DNA from: a virus
DNA: 64,000 bases
Direction: 5' to 3' (one strand)
Virus record (IMG/VR): IMGVR_UViG_3300021378_000004
Below the pieces are notes generated by a model, which saw only the letters and a list, made by a program, of their open reading frames with translations, ran no database searches and was not told the origin of the DNA. Positions 19,657 to 27,045 of the stretch are shown piece after piece (the stretch's first letter is position 1; each line of letters opens with the position of its first letter). A program made the position numbers and the translations under genes.

Positions 19657-20247
19657 GCCAATAAGCATATATCTTTCATAATTATCAAATTTTTTAATTC
19701 CTTCATATATAAGTTTATTAAACTTTGTTTTTGACTTAAATTCCTCTAAAGAACTACTACAGTTTATATGATCTTCAATGTGATACATATTATTGCTTTG
19801 CACAGCAAACATACATTTTTTATTAAAGTTTCTATTATTCATTATTAATGGCAAATCATTCATATGTTCAGAAGATGTATTGATAATCAAATCTGCGTCA
19901 ATAAAGTTTTCAGTATGGTCATAAATTGACTTTGATACCGTTTTAACAAAATCATAATTAAAAAATTTACTGAAATTAGTACATACACTAGTTGCTACTT
20001 TATCTTTATCAATGTTAACTAACTTTTTAATTTCATTATCTTTTACTAAAAAGTTTATAAGCGGATAACCAAACCAACCTCCAATTAAATACACATTATC
20101 AAAGGTTATAGGTGCATTATTTAATTCTTCTATTAACCATTGTTTGCATTCTATTTGTTTAGGAGATACACTTTGAATATAATCATTTATTTTATCTGGA
20201 TATTTTCTATAAAACCAGTTTAAACATTTACTATAATTTATTTCCAA
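19648..20247 (-). CDS. Class I SAM-dependent methyltransferase-like protein
   Basis: VYLIGGWFG glycine-rich loop, acidic NIDKD after beta2, DLIINTSSEHM. Confidence 0.65.
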   Translation of the reverse strand: MEINYSKCLNWFYRKYPDKINDYIQSVSPKQIECKQWLIEELNNAPITFDNVYLIGGWFGYPLINFLVKDNEIKKLVNIDKDKVATSVCTNFSKFFNYDFVKTVSKSIYDHTENFIDADLIINTSSEHMNDLPLIMNNRNFNKKCMFAVQSNNMYHIEDHINCSSSLEEFKSKTKFNKLIYEGIKKFDNYERYMLIGLY

Positions 20248-20957
20248 AACTTTTCAAACCCTTCATAAGCATCATCATCTATTCCTAACCATTTTCCAAG
20301 TCTTTTATCCATTTTCCATTTATTAAAAATACAAATATTATATTCGCTATTATAAAATAAAGGCACGCGAGGGCCGTTCCAATACATACGATTTTCGTCC
20401 ATGCCATGTAATCTTGAATATATTTCGTCTCTTGGGAAAAAATTTAATTTATCTTTATGATGAAAATATAAATATGAATCTATCCCTTGATACTTACACA
20501 TTAAATAATCAGCTTGATCATAAAATTCATTCCATACTTTTAGAAAATCGCCTTTCCAAACTATAACAGATGAATTTAAATCCATATTATAACCTGGAGG
20601 TATTGGTGGTAAATCACGTGCATGTGGTTTCCAGTAGGCTTTTATAGTGCAAATTTTATTATCTTCTACATAATTTTTATAATGTGTAATATCATTTTGT
20701 ATTACAACATCTAAATCAAGAAACATAGTAGGCTTATCTGCAACTTCTTTAAATAAAGTTAATTTCCACCACCATTTTTCTAAATCATCACTTAAATCTA
20801 AGTTTCTTATTTCTATATTTTTATTGATATAAGATGAATTTTCAGTATAACAAACAAAATTAAAATCATCTTTATAATTTTTACAAACCATTTTATAAAG
20901 ACGATTTACGTGTGTGTGATTAAACTTATCACCCCATTTTAAACATATTATTTCCAT
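20238..20957 (-). CDS. GT-A fold glycosyltransferase
   Basis: IICLKWGDKF..VNRLYKMV..FVCYTE..WWWKLTLF..MFLDLDVVI (DxD motif)..NSSVIVW. Confidence 0.8.
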   Translation of the reverse strand: MEIICLKWGDKFNHTHVNRLYKMVCKNYKDDFNFVCYTENSSYINKNIEIRNLDLSDDLEKWWWKLTLFKEVADKPTMFLDLDVVIQNDITHYKNYVEDNKICTIKAYWKPHARDLPPIPPGYNMDLNSSVIVWKGDFLKVWNEFYDQADYLMCKYQGIDSYLYFHHKDKLNFFPRDEIYSRLHGMDENRMYWNGPRVPLFYNSEYNICIFNKWKMDKRLGKWLGIDDDAYEGFEKFWK

Positions 20958-21580
20958 ATTATTACATCTTCCATTTTTGGTTTTATTTCACCTTCTTTAA
21001 TACGCCTATCTTTAAAATCTTTATAACTTTTTAAAGGATCACAATAACCTAAGCTCATAATAAAAAGAGCATGATTTTTTACTATTGTTTGATTTCGTGG
21101 ATCCACAAATTGGCAAAGAGTATATGCGGTGTCAATGTTGTGTTCTAGGGCCAGTGCAGTTAATATCATTGAAAACATTCCAATTTCTAGTGAAGTACTA
21201 GCTTTAACCTCAGGAGAATTAAAATTATCTTCTTCACATACTTTAATTCTTATTCCTTTTTTAATCATACCTTTAATCTTTTTACTTGGATTAGTTATTA
21301 ATCTAGTAGAAAATATAAGAAGATATGGAGCTTTTAATTGCTCATTTAGATTTTTTCCATACTCAATACGCATATGCTGATGGGTAGTTAATTTAATAAT
21401 TTCTTCTTTTTCTTTTTTAAATTCTGGTCCAAATACTGTTATCATATATGGCATTATGCACTGTTTTGAAGGAACTAATTCAAAAGTTTTTTTAATTATA
21501 GATTTTATTACTTTTTTTTCAGGAATATTATCTTGATCAAACCATCTTATAAATTTTCTATTTTTTAAAGTATTGGGCAT
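20948..21580 (-). CDS. Nitroreductase-family (FMN-binding) protein
   Basis: RKFIRWF..VPSKQCIMPY..APYLLIF..EIGMF..ALEHNIDT..MSLGY. Confidence 0.7.
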   Translation of the reverse strand: MPNTLKNRKFIRWFDQDNIPEKKVIKSIIKKTFELVPSKQCIMPYMITVFGPEFKKEKEEIIKLTTHQHMRIEYGKNLNEQLKAPYLLIFSTRLITNPSKKIKGMIKKGIRIKVCEEDNFNSPEVKASTSLEIGMFSMILTALALEHNIDTAYTLCQFVDPRNQTIVKNHALFIMSLGYCDPLKSYKDFKDRRIKEGEIKPKMEDVIIWK

Positions 21581-22265
21581 ATTTCTTCTTTGGTATTTTT
21601 TGACTTTTAATTTCTTGTTTAATTTGAATAGTTGACTTATTTATTCCATGATGACTTGATTCTTTAGGCCATCTGCTTGAATAAATAACTTTTAGAATTA
21701 TTCCATTTTTATTACAAAGGCTTTTAGCCAGTTCATGTTCATGTTCATTGTGTTCAAATAAAATAAATTGCCATATTATTGGTATTTTCTTTTTTACGCC
21801 CATAATCATAACTTCTAAAATTTCATTAAAGTTTGTGCCTATGCGATATATATTTGCAGTTTCTTGACTTGCTCCGTCTAAACCAAATATCCATCTAGTT
21901 GTTTCATCACAGAGATTATACGCGTCTTCCCACCAACTTAACTTTTTTCCGGAGCCATTAGTTGCTATATTCATTATCTTATTAGGATATTCATTTTTTT
22001 TTATTTCTAATATTTTTAAAAAATCTTTATGATAAATTGGATCACTAATCTGTCCACAACAAATTACCATTTTAGTAAAATTATAAATTTTTCTCATATC
22101 TTCATACGATAGTTCACCAGCTAGCTTTACTTTTTCTTTACCTCCTTTTCTTTGTCTTTGACAAAAAGGGCACTGAAGTCTACATCTAGATGTAGTTTCG
22201 ATATTAAAAGTAGCTTTTTTTTGTTGTTCTATATAATACTGATATAAATTATTAAAATTATTCAT
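21558..22265 (-). CDS. Radical SAM enzyme (core domain only)
   Basis: CRLQCPFC (CxxxCxxC), CGQISDP, IATNGS, FGLDG..YRIG, WQFILFEHNEHE. Confidence 0.88.
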   Translation of the reverse strand: MNNFNNLYQYYIEQQKKATFNIETTSRCRLQCPFCQRQRKGGKEKVKLAGELSYEDMRKIYNFTKMVICCGQISDPIYHKDFLKILEIKKNEYPNKIMNIATNGSGKKLSWWEDAYNLCDETTRWIFGLDGASQETANIYRIGTNFNEILEVMIMGVKKKIPIIWQFILFEHNEHEHELAKSLCNKNGIILKVIYSSRWPKESSHHGINKSTIQIKQEIKSQKIPKKKYAQYFKK

Positions 22266-22554
22266 GAGAGCAGTTTTTCTTGCAAACAGCAGGTGCTTCT
22301 TCTGGTTTTTCTATAATTGTTTTATGAAAGTTTATCCAAACATCAGACATAAATATATCTTCAATTGTATCATTATTTTTAACTTTTAAATCTTCGAAGA
22401 AAAAACCAAGTTTTTTAAATTCTTCTATATATTTCGGATTTAAACTATCGCACCAGCAACATGGAAGTAGATGCCCTGTAGATACATATGCAACGCCTTT
22501 AGGGGGTTCTTTAGATTGTTTATGGCATTTAGGTTTTAATATAAATTTTTTCAT
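22258..22554 (-). CDS. Stand-alone SPASM/twitch-like Fe-S domain protein
   Basis: PKC..YVSTGHLLPCCWCD..IEDIFMSDVW..VCKKNC. Confidence 0.72.
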   Translation of the reverse strand: MKKFILKPKCHKQSKEPPKGVAYVSTGHLLPCCWCDSLNPKYIEEFKKLGFFFEDLKVKNNDTIEDIFMSDVWINFHKTIIEKPEEAPAVCKKNCSHE

Positions 22555-22559
22555 AATTC

Positions 22560-22567
22560 TATTTATA
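22560..22567 (-). promoter_or_regulatory. T4-type late promoter for the minus-strand enzyme operon
   Basis: TATTTATA on + equals TATAAATA on -, ending 5 nt upstream of the ATG at 22554. Confidence 0.75.
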
Positions 22568-22579
22568 AACGTTAATTTG

Positions 22580-22587
22580 TATAAATA
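22580..22587 (+). promoter_or_regulatory. T4-type late promoter for the fibre gene cluster
   Basis: Exact TATAAATA, back-to-back with the minus-strand copy. Confidence 0.8.
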
Positions 22588-22640
22588 GTTTAAATGGCAG
22601 GGACGTAAGCGTCCGACAAAGAAATCAACTGGAGTATTTC

Positions 22641-22994
22641 ATGGCCCAATACGAAGAATTCACCATCGATCAAGGTGCTGACGCAGCATTTGAACTTCAT
22701 CTCACTGACACTACTGGAGCAGCAAAGAATTTAGCAAATTATTCTGTTGCCGCAAAAATAAAAAAGAATTATAATAGTGATAGTGCTGATACACATAGCT
22801 TTACGTCAATCATTGCTTCACCAAGTTCAGGTGGTATTGTAACTCTATCATTAACAAATACTCAAACTGATGCTCTCAAGACAGGAAGATACGTCTATGA
22901 TGTAGAACTTTCCTTTGTTGACAGTGATTCAAATACTGTTGTTGAAAGAATTCTTGAGGGAAGAATCCAGGTAACGCCATCGGTAACAAAATGA
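22641..22994 (+). CDS. Virion adaptor protein (BppU-N-like Ig fold)
   Basis: IDQGAD..LSLTNTQT..GRYVYDVEL..RILEGRIQVTPSVT, a family common at the start of fibre clusters in aquatic T4-like phages. Confidence 0.7.
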   Translation: MAQYEEFTIDQGADAAFELHLTDTTGAAKNLANYSVAAKIKKNYNSDSADTHSFTSIIASPSSGGIVTLSLTNTQTDALKTGRYVYDVELSFVDSDSNTVVERILEGRIQVTPSVTK

Positions 22995-23003
22995 GTATTT
23001 TAA

Positions 23004-23858
23004 ATGGCTACTGATAAAATCCGAGTAAAGGTTGCTGGAAATTCTGAAATAAAGATTTCTGAAGGCCAAACCATTGTCAAGAAAATTGTTGTAGGCACGC
23101 CTATTCGCAATGTCATACAAACTGGCAATATTCTCGATAGTGCCAGTGGAATAGTCATAAATGGTCCTCTTAAACCGACTGACCATATTATCCCAAGTAA
23201 TAATGAACTCATTGATCTAGGTAGTATTAATAATAGATTTAGAAGTCTTTATCTTTCTGGAGCAACTTTATTTGTTGGTGATCTTGCTTTAAGCGATTCT
23301 GGTGGAAATTTATTAATTAGTAATATTGATGCTAGTGGAAATATTATTAGTAGCACTCAAAGATCTCTTGCAACTGTTGATTCTGACCAAATTATTGCTA
23401 CTGTTACTCCAAAGATTGATTCTGCGGTTAACGCATTAATTGATGCAGCACCAGATCAGCTAAACACTTTAAATGAATTAGCTGCAGCGTTAAATGATGA
23501 TTCAGATGCGTTTAATAGTCTTTTAACAAAGATTAATGCAGGAGTTAGAGCAGCAGCTGCAGAATTAGACAGTATAGGCGCTGATCAAATAATCGATACT
23601 TTTTCAAGTACTGAGTTTAGAACTGTGAAATATTTGGTGCAATTGGAACATGATTCCGATAATAAATATCACTCTTCAGAAATTATATTGACACACAATG
23701 GAACTAATGTATTTTTAACTGAATACGCTGAAGTAAAAACAGATTCTTCTCTTGGCATATTTAATGCCAATATTGTAAATAATAATATTACAATTACTCT
23801 TTCGCCTTCGTATACTAACACAGATTTTAAAGCAAAAAGGATCAGTGTAGATGCGTAA
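23004..23858 (+). CDS. Tail fibre segment protein
   Basis: IIP..DLGS..RFRSLYLSG module, DAAPDQLNTLNELAAAL motif, C-terminal RTVKYLVQ..HSSEIILTHNG domain. Confidence 0.7.
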   Translation: MATDKIRVKVAGNSEIKISEGQTIVKKIVVGTPIRNVIQTGNILDSASGIVINGPLKPTDHIIPSNNELIDLGSINNRFRSLYLSGATLFVGDLALSDSGGNLLISNIDASGNIISSTQRSLATVDSDQIIATVTPKIDSAVNALIDAAPDQLNTLNELAAALNDDSDAFNSLLTKINAGVRAAAAELDSIGADQIIDTFSSTEFRTVKYLVQLEHDSDNKYHSSEIILTHNGTNVFLTEYAEVKTDSSLGIFNANIVNNNITITLSPSYTNTDFKAKRISVDA

Positions 23859-23861
23859 TGT

Positions 23862-23869
23862 TATAAATA
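23862..23869 (+). promoter_or_regulatory. T4-type late promoter
   Basis: Exact intergenic TATAAATA. Confidence 0.75.
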
Positions 23870-23899
23870 GTATTAATAATTTTACTGTAGGAATAGATT

Positions 23900-24208
23900 A
23901 TGGCTATTAAACAAAATTTTATAGTTAAGTCAGGTCTTGAAGTAGCAGATTCGGCAACAGTCGGAGGAGTTTTTAAGGCATCCGGCTTACAGTATCCTAC
24001 AGCAGACGGTAATAACAATGAGGTTATAAAAACAAACGGTGGTGGCTCTTTAAGTTTTGGAACTTTAAGAATTCGTGATTTAAGTGATGTCGATTTAAGT
24101 ACCCTTCAAGAAGAAGGTCTTTTGATTTTTGATTCAGCTACTAACACATTCCAAGCCAGAAATGAAATAATTGGTGCGGATTTAAATTCAGATGGGGGTT
24201 TCTACTAA
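23900..24208 (+). CDS. Small fibre linker protein
   Basis: N-terminal [27 protein letters not shown]-terminal DGGFY. Confidence 0.65.
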   Translation: MAIKQNFIVKSGLEVADSATVGGVFKASGLQYPTADGNNNEVIKTNGGGSLSFGTLRIRDLSDVDLSTLQEEGLLIFDSATNTFQARNEIIGADLNSDGGFY

Positions 24209-26982
24209 TGGCATCAATAATTAAGATCAAAAGATCGGGGACCGGTGGCGCACCATCAACCCTAAAACTAGGAGAATTAGCGTATTCGTATCTTGCGGGA
24301 ACACAGGGCAACGGAGGTGACCGATTATATATCGGTACTGGCGGTGTCGACGGGTCGGGTAATGCTAATGAAATTGAAGTTGTTGGTGGAGTCTATTTTA
24401 CTGACAAATTAGATCACACACCTGGAACTTTAACAGCATCTAGTGCACTTATAGTTGATGCTTCTAGTAAAATTGATGTAATAAACGTTGATAATATTAC
24501 AATTGATGCTAATACAATATCAACAACTGATACAAATGGTGCTCTTGTTCTTTCACCAAATGGAACTTCGGCAGTTAACGTACCAGCCGGTTATAAAGAT
24601 CGTAGTGGATTTGGTACTAACTCTTTAGCAACAAAAGAATATGTTGATACTGTTGCTGGTGCAACTACACTTACTTTTAAGGCTGATTCTTCTGGATCAG
24701 ATTCTATTGATTTAGATGCTGATACACTTGCAATTACTGGTAACGCTAGTACTGGTATTAGTACTATAAGATCGGCGAATGCTGTCAATATTAGTCTTGA
24801 TAATACTGCAGTTACTCCTGCATCATATGGTTCTGCATCAGCAATTCCAACATTTACTGTAGATGCACAAGGTAGATTAACAGCTGCTGGCACAGTTAAT
24901 ATTTCAACTGATCTTTCAGTTGCTGGTGATACTGGAACTGATACAGTTAATCTTCTTGATTCTGATCTTACGTTTACTGGTGGAACAGGTATTGCAACAG
25001 CAGTAACGAATAACGTTGTTACTATTAATGGTACTAATGCTACAACAAGTGCTAAAGGTATTGCATCATTTAGTTCTGATAATTTTGCGGTTTCCAGCGG
25101 CGTAGTAACTATTAAAAATGGTGGAGTTGTAGCAGCTGAATTAGCAGCTACTCTTGATCTCTCTGGAAAAAGTGTTACACTTGGAGCAGGTGAAATTAGT
25201 AATGGTGAATTGGCAAACAGTAGTATTACAGTTTCTGGTGAAACAATTGCGCTTGGCGGATCAGCCACACTAGCAACAACAAATGTAACTGAAGGTACAA
25301 ATTTATATTATACCACAGCAAGAGCAGATAGCGATGCTAAAAATGCAGTATCTGTTACTGATAATGGTGGTGATGGATCATTATCTTATAATGCATCAAA
25401 TGGTGTATTTACGTATACAGGCCCATCTGCAGCAGAAGTAAGAGCACATATTAGTGCTGGCGAAGGTATTGATATAGCTTCAGGCGTAATATCTGGGGAA
25501 GATGCTAGTACAACAAATAAAGGTATTGCATCCTTCAGTGCTGATCATTTTTCTGTAGGAGCTGGCGCAGTAACCATTAAAGCTGATGGAATAGATGCAA
25601 CACACCTTGATTTTGGTACTGGAACAGATCAAATTGCTACAGCTGATATTCCAGAACAAACTAATTTATATTACACTACAGCAAGAGCAGATAGCGATGC
25701 TAAAAATGCTATTAGCGTTAATTTTGTAAGTGGTGATGGCGCTGCTGCCTATAACGCAGGAACTGGTGTAATCTCAATTACTGGTCCTTCTGCAACTGAA
25801 GTAAGAGCGCATATCACTGCTGGAACTGGTGTAACAATAACTGACGGTGAAATTGCACTTGCTCAAGCACTCGGACCAACAGATAATGTTCAATTTGCTG
25901 ATCTTCAAGTAGATGGTAATACAGTTATTGATGGTAGCCTTACAGTAAATGGTACAACAACTACAATAAACACAGCTACAGTAACAACTAATGATCCGTT
26001 GTTTAATCTTGCTGATTCTAATACTACAGCAGATACATTGGATATTGGTTTTATTGGTAAATATTTAGATACTGGCGAATCTAGAGTCGAACGTACTGGT
26101 CTTTTTAGAGATGCGTCAGACGGTCAATATAAACTTTTTACAGGTTTACACAATCCTGGTGGAACACTTGATAGTGCCACTAATACTGTTGATATTACTG
26201 GAACAGGATTTACGTATGCAGATTTAAGAGTTGGTGTTCTTACTGGTAATGTAACAGGCAATGTTACTGGTACAGTTTCTGATATATCAAATCATTCAAC
26301 TAGTGATTTAAGTGAAGGCACTAATCTTTATTATACTACTGCAAGAGTTGATTCAGACTTAGGTCAAATACTTACAGCTGGCGAAGGTGTTGATATCACT
26401 GAAGGCGCAGGTATTATTACAATTGCGGGCGAAGACGCTAGCGTAACAAATAAAGGTATCGCATCTTTTGCTACTGCAAATTTTACAGTATCATCTGGTG
26501 CAGTTTCATCTAAAGATATTACATTAAATGGTGGATCCGGAAATGCATCTGCAACACTTGGCGAATCATTTACAATTACAGGTAATGCTTCTCAAGGAAT
26601 TAGCACTAGTGCAACAGGCACAACCGTTACAGTTACAGCAGCTGATGCTGCGGCTGACGGAAGTACAAAGGGTGTTGCTACATTTAATGCAACTAACTTC
26701 AATGCATCTTCTGGTGTTATTACAACCACTGATGTTACACTTTTTTCAGGTGATACTACTAATGGTCAAGGTGGCGGAATAGCTGCAACTAATGGTGAAT
26801 CTTTTAATATTTACGGTGATTTTGGTCAAGGTATTACAACAACAATTACTAGTGGTAACCTTATAGTTACTGGTAGAAATGCTACAAAGAATTCAAAGGG
26901 TGTTGCATCATTTGATTCAGATATGTTTACAGTAACAACAGGAGCAGTAACACTTGCAACAGTAGACGGCGGAAGTTATTAA
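24208..26982 (+). CDS. Long tail fibre segment (Mtd_N-like head, repetitive shaft)
   Basis: IKIKRS..GELAYS..RLYIG N-terminus; repeated KGIASF and [15 protein letters not shown] modules; ends DGGSY. Confidence 0.75.
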   Translation: MASIIKIKRSGTGGAPSTLKLGELAYSYLAGTQGNGGDRLYIGTGGVDGSGNANEIEVVGGVYFTDKLDHTPGTLTASSALIVDASSKIDVINVDNITIDANTISTTDTNGALVLSPNGTSAVNVPAGYKDRSGFGTNSLATKEYVDTVAGATTLTFKADSSGSDSIDLDADTLAITGNASTGISTIRSANAVNISLDNTAVTPASYGSASAIPTFTVDAQGRLTAAGTVNISTDLSVAGDTGTDTVNLLDSDLTFTGGTGIATAVTNNVVTINGTNATTSAKGIASFSSDNFAVSSGVVTIKNGGVVAAELAATLDLSGKSVTLGAGEISNGELANSSITVSGETIALGGSATLATTNVTEGTNLYYTTARADSDAKNAVSVTDNGGDGSLSYNASNGVFTYTGPSAAEVRAHISAGEGIDIASGVISGEDASTTNKGIASFSADHFSVGAGAVTIKADGIDATHLDFGTGTDQIATADIPEQTNLYYTTARADSDAKNAISVNFVSGDGAAAYNAGTGVISITGPSATEVRAHITAGTGVTITDGEIALAQALGPTDNVQFADLQVDGNTVIDGSLTVNGTTTTINTATVTTNDPLFNLADSNTTADTLDIGFIGKYLDTGESRVERTGLFRDASDGQYKLFTGLHNPGGTLDSATNTVDITGTGFTYADLRVGVLTGNVTGNVTGTVSDISNHSTSDLSEGTNLYYTTARVDSDLGQILTAGEGVDITEGAGIITIAGEDASVTNKGIASFATANFTVSSGAVSSKDITLNGGSGNASATLGESFTITGNASQGISTSATGTTVTVTAADAAADGSTKGVATFNATNFNASSGVITTTDVTLFSGDTTNGQGGGIAATNGESFNIYGDFGQGITTTITSGNLIVTGRNATKNSKGVASFDSDMFTVTTGAVTLATVDGGSY

Positions 26983-27045
26983 TATATAGTCAAGTAGTTT
27001 TTTAATTATTTGACTCTAAAATAAAACCTTTTTTAAGGAATCGAT

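Noticed and set aside
17932-22554. Cassette as a DNA hypermodification or classical RiPP cluster
   Set aside because: No nucleotide kinase, thymidylate synthase or hydroxymethylase homologue, and no short precursor, peptidase or transporter is visible. Late promoter control and location favour virion modification, though these alternatives are not formally excluded.
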